Source of the DNA: Phoronis australis
Lineage: Eukaryota; Animalia; Phoronida
Reading direction: 5' to 3'
Length of the DNA: 64,000 nucleotides
Assembly: GCA_002633005.1 (NCBI GenBank)
Contig: NMRA01000016.1
Location: 714,443 to 778,442 of the forward strand
Positions 35,971 through 50,700 of this stretch are shown piece by piece. Position numbers and translations under genes: made by a program. The notes beneath the pieces are model-generated. The model saw nothing but the letters and a program-made list of their open reading frames with translations, did not search any database and had not been told where the DNA came from. Positions within the stretch are counted from its first letter, which is position 1. The number at the start of each line of letters is the position of its first letter.

Positions 35971-37676
35971 ACATGGGTGCCACAATCTTCGTACGAGTGT
36001 AATTCTTGGCAAGATGTATTCACACATCGAATTTCGGAATTTTCGGATACTTTAAAGGAGTGCGGACTGAGCTATGGCTCCGTAAACAAAAAATGAGCGC
36101 ACAGCACCATCTGAAGCCCCGGTTTAAACCAAAAACAGTAGATCTTGAAGTATGTAGTAAAACCACAGGTGTTGTTCAAATTCCATGTCTATCTGGCAAA
36201 AAGTGCGGCCTGGGTTCAATCGTAAAGAGAGCTAGGAATGGTCTGTCAATAAGTGAGTGGTCGTCAGAAAATCGCGGCAGGGTAATTTGTCATTTCACAA
36301 TTTTGAAAGACGTTGGGATAACTTCATGGACTGAGACGAACTTAGATATATCAGCCTGAATCGATTTTCAGCTATTGTTTATTAAACTAAAATCAGGTAT
36401 TAGCACGGCATTGGTGAAACAGATTAGGAAAAATGCAATTAGTCTTTTTGGGAGCCATCTTGGATTCCAATATGGCTGAAGACAGCTATTCTTCTGTTAC
36501 GGCAACACGTATATGCACGGACGGCGTAGCACTGAAAAAAGTGGGGTCTAAAGCTCCCCCCCCCCTCCCAGCCCCTTATGGTGCGCCGCCCATGATATGT
36601 CCCAGTTAAAACGCATCACTGTCAAATATTTCCTAATCATGCGCGCACCCAGGGGGGAGGGGATGTCGGGGAACTCATTTGGCGAAGTGGGCAAAAAGGT
36701 CCGTCTCAGAGGAACAAAAAGTTCCAGATTTCTCGTTTTCAACGAGACAAAAGTCCACTAAAAAGGTGCTAACGCACAATTCACAACTGTGAACGTGGTA
36801 TCCGTTTTTTTCTTAGTCCCCCGTTTTTTGTTAAGAAAAGGTCCATATCCGCAAGAATTCGAACCCGCTATATTTTAGCCTGGGTCCGCGCACGCTAACG
36901 TTAACAATCTTTTTTATCAACCGCGAATGACTTACATCGTAATGGTGGACGGATATATTTAAACCCATAAGATGGCAGCCATACATGTACTAGAGTGTCG
37001 GATCACGTGTCTCCGTTACTTTTGAAAAGCACACAGAAATTACACTAATGATCAAACTTCCACACGCTCGTTACGGATGCGTTTTGGTCTTCACGTCACA
37101 ATAAACTAAATGCCAAAGTTCTAATATGCTGCTGATACACCCCGGAATACACCTGACTTGATCTAATATTTCTACATGAAATCGACCTTCACATTATTTT
37201 TGTCATTTTCCGTTCAACTTTTGTGCGAATTCAAGATATGTGTTTATCATTCTGTACTCTTAATACTTTATGGTTCATGCAAATGATTTTCTAGTCCAAA
37301 TCCGCGCTTGGTGACCCCTAGGTTCGAGTAAAAACTCTAGAGTTTGAATTCACTCGCGTTTTAAACCTCAGTGATTGGTTAAACAGTTATGCACGAAAAC
37401 CATTATGTACTTCATCACAGAAAAATAGACATTCTTCTGGAGTTCGTACAAAAGAAGAACAGAAAATGCAAGAAAAATCGAGTTCGATCTCTAATAAACA
37501 ATTCAAATCCCGGGATTTGATTAGACCCGTAGAACGTATAGAGAAAAAGGTTCGAAAATGAGGATCATAAGGATTTGCACTGTACGTTTTTCAGGGTCCC
37601 GGTTCCTTCCCTGTGGTCGGCTCCTTTTTCTCCGCAAATCGCCAATGTCTCCGTCCCAAAAGGACTGGTATGAACC

Positions 37677-38243
37677 GTGACGTGTGTAGAACTGAATAAA
37701 TTCTAGCTCCAGATAGTGTAGGGCATCACGATACTAAAAATATATCTTTTGTTCTCTGCGTTTCCTTCAGCTCGTTATATTTTTTACTCAAATAAAACAT
37801 AGTATTTGCGTTCGCACAGACTGATCACTGATTAAAATAAAATAAGGTATCCCCATCGGACGTGACAGTACGCCTTCAAAATGTCACTTTAAGGGCTTAA
37901 GCGATTTTTTCCTTCGAAAGTTGCTGTCGCGCGCCCTAAATTCTACAAATGACTAAATANGTGACGTGTGTAGAACTGAATAAATTCTAGCTCCAGATAG
38001 TGTAGGGCATCACGATACTAAAAATATATCTTTTGTTCTCTGCGTTTCCTTCAGCTCGTTATATTTTTTACTCAAATAAAACATAGTATTTGCGTTCGCA
38101 CAGACTGATCACTGATTAAAATAAAATAAGGTATCCCCATCGGACGTGACATTACGCCTTCAAAATGTCACTTTAAGGGCTTAAGCGATTTTTTCCTTCG
38201 AAAGTTGCTGTCGCGCGCCCTAAATTCTACAAATGACTAAATA
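37677..38243. repeat. Tandem duplication around N37960 (probable assembly overlap)
   Basis: 37677-37959 is repeated at 37961-38243. Confidence 0.85.
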
Positions 38244-38710
38244 GTCTCCATCATGAGAGGGCAGTTGTATTTGGTTTAAGATTGACAACCTTCTGACCGC
38301 CACTTCATCATATTTCGTGTTTTTTTTTGTAGACCGGCTGACGAAAGGATAAGCGGTCTGTACAGTACATGCACCTTCTATAAACAAACCGTTTACTTAT
38401 TTAATAGTTTATTTCATGTAAACATCACACAAAATCGAAAGTTCAGCAGAACGGAACAAAACAACAATTGATGAACACCGGTTCAAGTGAACACTCATTG
38501 CACGTCGACACCGCAAAGACACTTTCATCTCCTATGGGATTCGCTTGCATATTACATTACTCAAGACGGTCATTTTACGACCAAACGAGTATTGATTATC
38601 TCTGCCGCGTACGACCGGAGAGCCAACAGCATCTTAATACACTTAGTTTTTGAGGCCTCATCTTCAAGGCAGTTGATGTCTTGGAGATTTGCAACGACTG
38701 TCTGCGCACC

Positions 38711-38792
38711 ATGATGGCTGTCGTGTACATGTATATACTTTTAAACATCATGTTTGCCATTTTAGTTGAAAGCCAACAGCCAATTACCATCG
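38711..38792 (+). CDS. iGluR exon 1 (signal peptide)
   Basis: [27 protein letters not shown], hydrophobic; CACCATG context; G|GTAAGT phase 1 joins exon 2 to give PITIGGLF. Confidence 0.85.
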
Positions 38793-41700
38793 GTAAGTTC
38801 TGTGGATAAAATCAAATTTTGTCAGCGGTTGCTATTTAAGTCAGACAAAATTTCTTTTGCATGCAGATGATATCGAAACGAAAAAAGTATATCCATTTTA
38901 GGCAAATTGTTTGCAGAGTGCGGTACGTGGGCTCTTCCGATTCTTCAAGTTCGGAATTTTGCAACACTCTTCAACTGTTTTGAAAGCCCGATGGTCATTC
39001 GCTCTCTTAACCTTAATGTAACCAAACTGGTACTAACAATGTGTTTTAAAAATTGCTCTACTGCTGTTACGTATTATGTATTATATCATTCTGATACTTG
39101 TAGAAAGTTGCATGAACATCAGTTGGCGTAGTGTGAACGTGAGTGTTATAATATTGACACTCTCGAGGTTATTAGCCACAGTTTTTAAACTGTCTAAAAT
39201 ATTGCCACTAATTACCCGTTTAATTCTCTCGAGCTAAGTAAGTTCTACCTTAAGTGAGCTGAACGCCAACCCCGAATTGTAATGCACCCGAAACAGCATG
39301 ATTATAGACTCTTGGGTTTCTCCATAAAAAGGCCCTGACTTTTAACCCGTTGAAACGAGAAATATTCGGTAGTCATGCACTTTTTTGACAACAATGGTCG
39401 ACAATGTTTTTGGCTGCTGGGACCATAGAGTTCACACAACTACTTGGGAGCCATGCGCTCCAAAAAAGGGAAACGACAAGTTTACCTTTTCAGCAACTCA
39501 GAGTCAAATTATACTAGACAAAAGATATCATAGAAACATTTTGTATATTAGTCCTGCAAGTTTTGTGATGTTGAGTGTTATTCGACTTCTAGTGGTCACT
39601 TTATTGGTGCACCAACGTAAATTAAAAGGTTAAATGAAACTGCATTCGCCACTATTTATTTGCCAACATTGAAATCTTAATCGAAGCAGATTGGTGTTCA
39701 AAAACAATACCACACTAATCCAATTTTGAATTGTTGCCGAATGAGTCGGCAACTCGAGTCACACTCAATGCGAACACTTGTGTGCAATTTTCGAAATCAC
39801 ATTTTAGAGTTGGCCAACTCAGATACACTTCGAAGTTTTCTTGAGTCGGTGATGGTTTCGATGTTTTTGCTAAAACAGAACTGAAGTTCTATCACGGCAA
39901 GGAATATCACGTGACCAATTTTATGAAAGTATAAAGCCTAATTCGATTCTTGCTTTAGTCAGCTAAATTGCGTAAAGTGCAGCTTTAGTATTCCAAATTA
40001 AATTCACTTATTTTTTTAAATACCGTAACATTGGCTTACATTTTTATTGAATTAGTACAATTTAAACTCTTTTTATAACATTTTAACTTAAAGAAACCTG
40101 GTAACTTCAAACGTGTTCACCTGGATGTGTTTCCCAGTGACTTGCTTGCGAAAGCAAACGAACCTTTTCTGGAAAAATCAATGGCCTGAGAGGTCAATGA
40201 ACAACACTGACACTGAAAAATTACATTTGTAAATTGCCTGTGTAAAAAGTCTGTTTAAAGACTGCCCTTCATCAGCTCAGTTTCATTTTTTTTTACTTGT
40301 CAAGTAAACTTAATTCAGGTGGTCCTACTATGTCTCTCGTGGGGTCACGGGGTGTTTGGTAACTTTTTCGTGACAGTATTATGTAAGAAAAACAGTGGTT
40401 TACATGTATCGACAAGTCTCGTTGGTGTAAGCGTAATCTAACGAGATGTTCCTGAATCAGACATCCTGTTGCGGCCCCAAGCAACGTATTTTTCTTCCCA
40501 TTTCCTATATTTTTCTCTTGTCTCATACCAATGTTGAGTAACTTTGAAAGGCTGTTGAGGGCCAGTTCAAGTATAGCCTGAACAATGAAGGTGCACCTAC
40601 CTTAAATCTCCTTTAAATTTGTTCTCGAAATAAATTTGTAGTATCTTGTTCGTGCTCAAGTACGCTCTCAGTCCATCACTCGGATAACTTGTCAATAGGC
40701 TAAGCCCTTTCGATCCCTTCCACTTCCTAACAGATCACGAACTGTTTTGAAAACGGTTGCTTCTTAATTACTTTTTGCATTACATATTTAGCAAATAGGC
40801 GCATGCACTTCCTTCCGGATATATAGGCGCAAGTTTACAAATACGTAGATGGGCCTAGTAATTACGTGCATAGTTGGTAATTAGTTCCAGATTTACCAAC
40901 CTAGTGTACGTTCCTAAGACAACACTTCGCATTTCTAGGCGTCAGCATTGACTAACTATTGTAAACAGACGTGGACGAAGTAGAATAGAATTGGGCGTTT
41001 TCACGACTTTTAATCTCGCTGCGAGTCAAACGCTGACTTTCAAGTAGTAGATATGCTCGCAAAGGAAAAGAACCCAGGTTAGGTCATTACGTATTCTGCG
41101 ACATCGCAGGGAGGGCTAATTAATTTGAGATTGCCCACAGTGGCCAGTGTCTGCTCAGACTAACCATAAGTTCTTAGAAACTTATGGCTGACTGCATCCC
41201 AACTGTGTTAAGGGGCAGTTCCCAACCTAAGTTTGCAGGGCCCACACGTACGCGCGCGCGCGCACACACACACACACACACGCACGCACGCACGCGCCCA
41301 CCACACCCAGGAGTTCCTGTCCCCAGGTACGTATCTCTTCTTCCTCAAAACGACCTCCTAATCCTGTTTGAAATTCGCCACACACACTCTCTCTCTTCCT
41401 CTGTCTCGTTCACGATGCGAATTATACGGAATATGGTGTCCCCAGGGTTGATGTTGTTAGTTGACCTCCAATCGAAATTGAATAAAAAACATCAACCATG
41501 GCATCCTAGTAATTATTCAATATTGATTAAGCTTGGCTGAGGATTATTCACCATCTACGATAAGTATGGCCTGAACTTTAGCATTGCTCATGACGCCTCC
41601 TACACAGTTTATTTGTTCGGTTGGCCTCCTTCGTTTTAAGAATAATTATTTGCCTCAAGACAAATGTACATCTTCTCCATGACGTCAAGTTCAATTTGAC

Positions 41701-44700
41701 ACGTTCGGCGGACTTCAAGCGGGGCCGGTTTCGTTTGTTTTTACAAATGCTTTGTTGTTCTGTCTATTCAAAAGTCCACAACAATCCACAACTACTCAGT
41801 CTGGTTTACAAGGAATAACTGAAGTCACTCATCTCACCAATTTTGAGGACACGGGTTTGTTTTGATCTGCAGTTATGAAACTTTTGATATTTCTTAAGGT
41901 TATTAGGCGGAGGCATACATGCAATTGTACACATGTACGCCACATTTGATTCAGGGCATGACCTCTTGTTTTACGACTGAACAAACTGTGCAAAATACAA
42001 TAAACGCGTCTAACCTTTCCTCGAATTCTAGTGCCCGGCGAGCTAGTGTCCACGCGCGCAGTTCCAGTTTGTGAAAGAACAGATCGTGCAGGTTGGACAC
42101 TGGAAGGTTTTCTCGAATGATAAGCATAGATGCTTTCACTTTCNTACGTATCTCTTCTTCCTCAAAACGACCTCCTAATCCTGTTTGAAATTCGCCACAC
42201 ACACTCTCTCTCTTCCTCTGTCTCGTTCACGATGCGAATTATACGGAATATGGTGTCCCCAGGGTTGATGTTGTTAGTTGACCTCCAATCGAAATTGAAT
42301 AAAAAACATCAACCATGGCATCCTAGTAATTATTCAATATTGATTAAGCTTGGCTGAGGATTATTCACCATCTACGATAAGTATGGCCTGAACTTTAGCA
42401 TTGCTCATGACGCCCCCTACACAGTTTATTTGTTCGATTGGCCTCCTTCGTTTTAAGAATAATTATTTGCCTCAAGGCAAATGTACATCTTCTCCATGAC
42501 GTCAAGTTCAATTTGACACGTTCGGCGGACTTCAAGCGGGGCCGGTTTCGTTTGTTTTTACAAATGCTTAGTTGTTCTGTCTATTCAAAAGTCCACAACA
42601 ATCCACAACTACTCAGTCTGGTTTACAAGGAATAACTAAAGTCACTCATCTCACCAATTTTGAGGACACGGGTTTGTTTTGATCTGCAGTTATGAAAGTT
42701 TTGATATTTCTTAAGGTTATTAGGCGGAGGCATACATGCAATTGTACACATGTACGCCACATTTGATTCAGGGCATGACCTCTTGTTTTACGACTGAACA
42801 AACTGTGCAAAATACAATAAACGCGTCTAACTTTTCCTCGAATTCTAGTGCCCGGCGAGCTAGTGTCCACGCGCGCAGTTCCAGTTTGGGAAAGAACAGA
42901 TCGTGCAGGTTGGACACTGGAAGGTTTTCTCGAATGATAAGCATAGATGCTTTCACTTTCTGAATGCATCGCCAGTGACATGGAATTTATTTCAGGTGGA
43001 ATCGGTTGACCTGTCTTCGAATCTACATCCCGTCCGCCAAACGTGTGTGAGCTTAGGGTAACAGGTTACCTTCTTTAACAATGATCAAGTTTCCTAAATA
43101 TCGAGTGAATGTATTAATAACAAACCCATAAAACTATATTTCTGAAATTCTCGATGACCAAAAAGTCGCATTATGCATATGAAAGAAATAACCAGTCGTT
43201 AGTATTCATGTGGCTGCGTCTTTTCTAATTTTTTATGAAGATCGATGTTATGTTCGCAAACATGAGATTATACTTCTCTATTCTGTTAGCTACCAAACGT
43301 ATCTCTGGTATTCTCTTTTCAAGCAGTTTATCCCGAGAACTCAGTTGTCAAATTTGAAAATCAACATTTCTTATTTCTTGATAGTCGATTTCTCTGGCCC
43401 AAATCCCTTAAAACAAAATCTCATGGACGCTTTTGTGGCTAATGGAATAAAGAAACAGAATTTACAAGCTCCACACATAACTTTAATGTCAGGGATCTGT
43501 TTATCTTCTAGAAAAATCAGTCACGTGATTGCCATTCTAGGTATTCCTTCTCAGTACTTGATGAGATTTCGATCATTTGGGGATGTTTTAAAAACATGAG
43601 TTTTATCGGTGTATTAATATTCAAAACTTATGGACGATATCCGGCACTTGATAACAAAGGTTACCAATGGCCTTCAAACATAGGTGGAGGTTGGGACCTA
43701 ATACGTGCGTTTTTTCGTAGTACACATGTGGGCGCGTGTGCGCACTCACACCTGCATTGTGAGTGCTCACAAGCGGGCACGCGCTTGAGCGTTTTTCCAG
43801 GGAACATTTTTCTTACGGAGGTAATTATAACTGAGGTTGGAAATTGATCAATGGAGAATCGATTGGATAATGGAACGATAATAGTCGTTAAAAAGCAAAG
43901 TTGTGAACTGCCACGACTCGCAAATCGCCCAGGCGTCTAAGCCTTTGTGCAAATGAAGGTTTAACTAAGTATTTAATATGAGAGCGTCACAGTCTAATAG
44001 AAATTCATACAGTTACTAGTAATCATGATTATATTCTCCGATACTTTTGCATTGCTTCAGAGATTTAAATATTTTTCAAAAATCGTTGTATGGAGTGCAA
44101 GACTAAACTTCTGACCTTTAAGTCACGTTTTATGAAACAAACGCCTGAAATAATGTGAAAAAAAATCTGACAAACATGTTGAAAAGATGGGTTAAAAATT
44201 GTGTTAGGCTTAAACTTGCAACAATGGAACGCGCTAGAATGGGGTACAGACATTGATAGAAAGAAAATGTACATGTAGAGATAACCAATAACGAAAAGGG
44301 AGATGGTGGGAAGCGCGGGTGACTAAGATACAAAGAGCGGGATACGGGTAAATAGGTGGGGTGGGGTTGGAAAATTTCAGTAACATTAGTGATACCGTTC
44401 CCTCGCAGGGAGGATCGAAGGCAGAGGACCATGTACATCCAATAAGATTTGCAGAAAGAGTGAGACTCGAAATTGAGTCAGCCAATGCGGAGAGATAATA
44501 CAAGTATTGAAGCGTAGAGGCTTTGTATGACTGCGATCCATAAAGTAGCATTCACATTTCCATAACGGTGTTATAAAAAGGTTGGAAGTACGCGTAAAAG
44601 GAGGTTGTCAATTGTCATTTGTAAACGACGGTACAAACTACGATGCCTTCGTGACAAATATTTCGTGCGCGTTATAGATCACTGATGGTTCGTCTCATCA

Positions 44701-47700
44701 CACTTCACACAAAAATATACCCGTCGCTGAATTAAGGTATTTACTTCAATGGATTCTTTTGCGCCCTAACTTTGACAGACGACAGAATTCCGAGATCAAT
44801 TCTTAAAGTAATCATTATCTTTGGAGTCTCCTGTGGTTAAATTTATTGGATTTGGTGTGACTGTTCTGGTTAAGCCAATTAATATAACTAAGTGAAGAAA
44901 ATCTAACAGAAGCGAAATCAACTCAAGCCCATGCTCCAGCAGATGTTACTTGTGTATTATTAATATGAACTTGTGCTGTAATTACTTTTAAGCTTGCTAC
45001 ACGGTTTTATGCGGCGGAGGAGCGCAATTACAACTACAGTTCGAACTCGTCACGCGAGCCCCAGTTTCAAGAAGATTTTGGTGTGATGAAGTGCACCCAT
45101 ACGAGTTTTAAATACGTGACATAGACTCATTCCTACCGTATAATTTCGCCTAAAATTTCAACAAAACCCGCGTCTTATCTTGACAATGGTACATAAATGG
45201 GAATTTGTAGAATTGAAAATCCAATTTATACAAACGTAGCGGGTGGTGAAATAAATTTATTAATTCAACGATGTCACTATATATCGCTGGATATACAAAA
45301 CTCCAGTGGTTTCAATTTCGACTTTTTCAATATAGCATTAGGGAAATGGTTTATTTTATTTAGAACGGAGATCTTAATATGTGTACATTTTGTCGATGAA
45401 GACTAGACTCATTGTTACGCCTGGGTGACATTTAATAAATTTTGGACCAGTGTTGGTTGGCCGTAGTTGACAATGAGCGCTTACAGAAATAAAATCATGG
45501 CAATTGTGATAATGAGTGCTTAGAAAACTAGTAATGCCAGTAAACGCAAGTCGTAATGCGCTCAATATCATCAGTCGGGTTTCTACCATCCGCGGGAGTC
45601 TTAGTCCTTCGCAGAACCCCTTAACAGGCTAGTAGAGCGCCAGTGGCATTTAGTCCATTTATCGGCTGGTTCTTTTGTGTATGTTGCAATATTGCTACAG
45701 GTTTTTCAGACATATTCACCCCAAAGCCTTCTCTGATTCGATTGTTGCCTTGGATATTAAGGACGTCTTCGTCACGATTGTCGCCTTCACTACCAACTTG
45801 TGTGCCAACTGATCTACGTACCAAGCGCACTAAGTACTAGAAACCTTTTACATTCATTCTCAGTTGAAAAGACCCATACCTTCCATCCTCTTGACACATA
45901 ATGTTCTGTTCCATGCAGTGTCTTGCGTTGGAGAACCTCTCCATTCTCGTCTCCCATGGTATCGTTAACTTAACTATCACCATCCGTTCGGTTTTTTCAG
46001 ATCAACAATACACTGTCTGGTCGTGGAGTTGCATGTATCCCAATGTGTATCTTGGAAGCCACATACGTCGCTAAAAACGCTAAAAATAGACACTGGATGT
46101 CACCAGGATGCCTGTCGTGTCCTTCATCTTTGTTGATATTGTCCAAGAGTTTGGTGCTCGAAGTCTTTTTTGGTTTCTTCCAGGCTTCTTCACACAACCT
46201 GCAGCTCTTGACTGCGCCTCCATGTGATCATTCCGCCTGTAACGGACGAGTCGCATGACCATAGAATGTGGCCCAAATTTTCCCCACTTTTCACTTTAAG
46301 GCAGTTTATGCCACTATCGTTCCCTCAGGTTCGTGGTCGTCGGTGGGATGTCGCGTAGAGCTCTAAGAAAACAAATCAAACGCCTTCATTCCAGTCTCAC
46401 GCTATCTCTCCACTTGAACTCCCCTGCTAGAACATCCGTCTCGTTGCTGCTTCTCGACAAACTCCGCGTATCTTCCTCACCACCTCTACGTGCGGTCGTT
46501 TCGGGTTTCTCTTTGAATGTCACTTTCTTTGACCTGCTGTTAAAAGCATATCCTTACCCTAAACTGTCGTTGAACACCATCCCTACGATCTGCTGACCTG
46601 TGCTGTGGTGCCCTCTGCTCAGTTCTTTCGACGACTGTTGTCGCCGACAAGCTTCTCTTTTGTACTTCAGGGCTCCTGTTCACTATGACCGCATTGTCTG
46701 GCAAGGTCACCATCTAATTGACACAATTGGCAGAATCAGTTACATGTATGTTAATGTGCATATACTATTCAATCTGATGTTACTAAAACTTGGTGATACA
46801 CCTATTCACCACACTACCGTAACCACGTGCTAATCTTGAGCACGCGTCCTCGAACACAAAAAGTGGCCACAATCTCGATAAAAGACCACGCTGGTAGTAA
46901 AACAAGTTGTCTTGCTAGGTATCCCGCTTCGGTTGATTTTAATCAGCCAGGCTCTCAGCTGCTTTCCAGTCTCTCTAACATTGCTGTCAACCTCCAAGAT
47001 TGCATTTTAGACCTTTCCCGAACATTTCACAGATTTTCGGAAGTTGATGCAATTCTTGATCTCATCAGTTCAAATAATTTGGTCTTTGTAGAGCTCCTTT
47101 CTGTATCTCCAAACTCGCTTGAACTCTATTCTCAACCACGTAACTGTTAGTGCACCTGTATAAGTATCCCGTGCGGTGTGGATATATATCTAAAGAGTGA
47201 ACGATAGTGTGACATTAGAAATTGTAATCATCTAATGTGACATATGTTTGTAGTGTGTATTTTTGTAAACCATTTTAAGATTACTAAATGAAAAAACATC
47301 AACATCCGTCAAGTCACTTTAACGGTAGCCGACACCCTAAGAACATTAGTCCAACACTAAAATGGCCAACAGGAGTGCAACGGTGCACCCATGCAAAACC
47401 TCTGCGCCATATACGTAATATAAGTTTCATACCATTAGTCATGCGTCGAGCCATCTCAGGAACCTCGCTGGATAAACCAATTCCTTGTCAAAAATTAAAA
47501 CAATCAATACATGAAATAAAACGATACAGGGCAGAATTTCCGAAAATAGATTGGTGCCCAGTGGACCTTCTTTGTCAATCCGTTTTGACAATAATAGGAT
47601 CTCTCCCCTAGAAAATACTTCGCTCGGCGAACGATAGGTGTCGCTATAGGACTTCCTTTCGCTGCTCGCTTCAACCCAGGATTGTGCTGTAGAACTCTTT

Positions 47701-50700
47701 TATTGGTAAATAAGACTATTTTAAGCCGTATTTCACATAGTAGAACTTTATCGTATCATTAGGCTAAGTCATGCTTTTGTGTATTTACAGATCCTCTTTA
47801 TTCTAATAAAGGCAATCTTTGAAATAACTACATGTTTATTTATGAAGAGGACCAATAAAAGAGTTCTACAGCACAATCGCGGGTTGAAGCGAGTAGCGGA
47901 TGGAAGTCTTATAGCGACACCTATCGTTCGCCGAGCGAAGTATTCTCTATCCCCTAAAAACAAAATGACCCCCACACCAATCTGTGGTGCTCGGGTAGTA
48001 GATTCGATCCACATATACAGCTTCTCGCTGCATTCCAATCCTTGTATATACATGTATGAAGGGTACGATTTCTTTCAGTCAATTCTATAGGCGAAGAACT
48101 TTAATTGGACAAAATTAAGTTGTACAATTGACAGTGTAAAACGTGACGTCTCAGAGTCTGATTAGTTATCTGTCTTTTGAACTAGAGTATTTGATTTTCA
48201 ACGGAATCAAAGTCCCACTTCTACTTCTATGTATTGGAAAATAATGAATTAGCATTTAAAAGACACATTGCATGTGTGTAGTATAATGCTTTGTGATCAC
48301 GGCTATAGGTCAGAATGGTTGAAAAAATAAAAAAAAGTCTGAATTTAGTTTTAACAGAGCCCATGATCACACAAAGGTCAGCAAATTTCTTAAAGTGATG
48401 GACAATACGACTGTTGCGTACTTGCATGAGCTCAGTGCGACGATATGCTTACACTCTGTTTCGCAGGTGGCTTGTTCGAAACCGAAGACTTAGAAAAGGC
48501 GTTTAGATTGGCAACTGAGCAATGTAACCAGAGACGCTTCCCAAAGTCGTTCAGGATAGTGACTTCAGTCATTGATATCCGCAACAGTACACAGTTTGCT
48601 TCAAAGTGTAAGAAAATATTTCTGTACACTTTATTTTCTTCTTACCACTTATCACAATACTCATGTCGTCGCTGACCAAGCGGGTTTGTTTCAGTCTTCC
48701 AAGTATCTGCTGTCGTAAGGGATGTGTCTAACTATGCTGAAATGTTCGTTAGGGGCGCATTCTGAGCTTGCCTACGGAAATTATCACAGTCAGCGAATCA
48801 CAAGTGTTACGAGGGCACATGATTAGTATTGGCATAATTTTGCAATGGAGCTTACGTAATTGTCTCGCAGCATACACACAAATTAACACATTTTGGCCGC
48901 AATGCTGCAACTTTCTAATTCATAATTTCACAACACATGTTTTTATAACCATTTTCCAGTTTGTATGATGGCCGAACAGAAAGTTGTCGTTATCTTCGGT
49001 TCAGTGCATCCTTTAACGCAGACAACAATGGAGTCTTATTCCCGGACCATGGGCATCCCTTACATATCTCACAGCCACACGGACGTAACCACGGGTCGCA
49101 ACAACGGTTTTCAAATCTACATGAGTCCTGTATACGAGCATGCCGTAATCGATGTAATCAAGCAGCTGGGTTGGAAGCATACATATTTCATGTATGACAG
49201 TTTCGCAGGTAAATTATACATGTCGTCATCACACACCAGTGCAGGTGATGGCCAAGTGGTACCCGCGATACGGTGCTCCGGTCGCTATTAAGCATTTGAA
49301 ACCTCCATAAAACACGACGACAGTGAAACCAGTACCAGAACAATGCACAAAACAAGAGTTGTTAGAAGGACAGGTGCCGTATATTGAACAAAGGACAAAC
49401 GCCAGAGAGACCTTTTTAAAACAATTGAAGAATTGTTGTCTTTCAGCAGTATACACATTGCTTTCCATACTGTTCCTCGATGTTTTGACACAATAACCAT
49501 TACCATCATGCCTTCAAGTTCAGGCTGAGGTTAAAACTGCATGGTGCGGTGGCCATAGCCTGTCAGCAACGGCGTATTCGCCCAACCAAGCGTTGACACA
49601 ATTAGATATTAATTGTCCCCTCAAACTTCGAACACCATGTAAGAACTTCGTCGATTATGCTGCAAATTGCCATATAAAGTATGTGCTGAAATGATTGCAA
49701 CACAAAACTTACATGCATCGCTCCAGGCCTTCACCGAGTTCAACAACTGTATAGCAGTCTGGAACGAGCGGACACGCCGGCGTCTTCATTCGTCAACATA
49801 GAACTGCTGAAGGTATCCGGGCCTGACGACGCTTTGAAGAAACTTTCCAGACTTCATCAGCAGGACCCCAAACGTCTGCGCCGACTGCTGGTGGATATGT
49901 CGCTTAAAGACACGCAGAAACTCATCACCAAGCTGGTAAGTCAGCCTCCAGGGATACCTTATATGGAGATATGGTTGGAAAGCGACGCCAATTTTGGAGG
50001 CGATTTTGCCTCCAATTTATAAATCACGATTGTACTGTCCACATTCAGGTGTCATTTTGGATGAGGATCGTTCCTATCTCGATTGTCGTCTCGGGTGCAA
50101 AATTTTCAATGTATGGTTCCCGGCAGGTATACCAAATACAAGAAATAGCACAGCGATTAACGGAAGTGGTACGGATAGTGGAGACTTGGATAGGGTACTT
50201 CGCCATTTAGCGTAGTATCAGGTTCCCATTTTTTCAGTGGCCCTGCTTTTGCATTGACCAGTTCCCCGGGCGATGGTAATTTCGCAAAATCTTGAATTTT
50301 ACACTAGAACACCAACATTTTTGTACAATATTTTAATCTGTATTAGTAATGTTAAATTTTTGTGTTGTTGGAATAGTATTATTAAAATCTATTGCTCTAT
50401 TTACACTGACTTCTTATCTATTTACACTGTCACGACGTTTCGGTCGGTCTATTCTCCGGCCATCGTCAGGTATTCCTGCGTTCTTAGAAGAACGAGCACA
50501 GATATGTGGTACATTCATCGTAGTGTGCTTTTTGAGTCCGTGGTGTAGTGGTTAAGGTGTTGGACTCAAATTATCTGTAGTTTCAGAAGTCGTGGGTTCA
50601 AATCCTGCCTTGGACAAAAAATCACACCAAGATGAGTGTACCACATATCCGTGCTCGTTCTCTTCTAAGAACGCAGGAACAGCTGACGATGGTCGGAGAA

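Noticed and set aside
41311-41326. Possible 16-nt micro-exon (cag|gagttcctgtccccag|gtacgt) in iGluR intron 1
   Set aside because: Not a multiple of 3, no polypyrimidine tract, and it sits beside a microsatellite
45643-45840. Signal-peptide-like ORF as iGluR exon 1
   Set aside because: GTG start, no suitable phase-1 donor, adjacent to a retrotransposon fossil; 38711-38792 fits far better (ATG, signal peptide, PITI-GGLF junction)
50536-50616. Functional tRNA-Leu(CAA) or tRNA-Sec gene
   Set aside because: The anticodon stem cannot pair, there is no downstream oligo-T terminator on this strand, and it is embedded in a palindromic repeat
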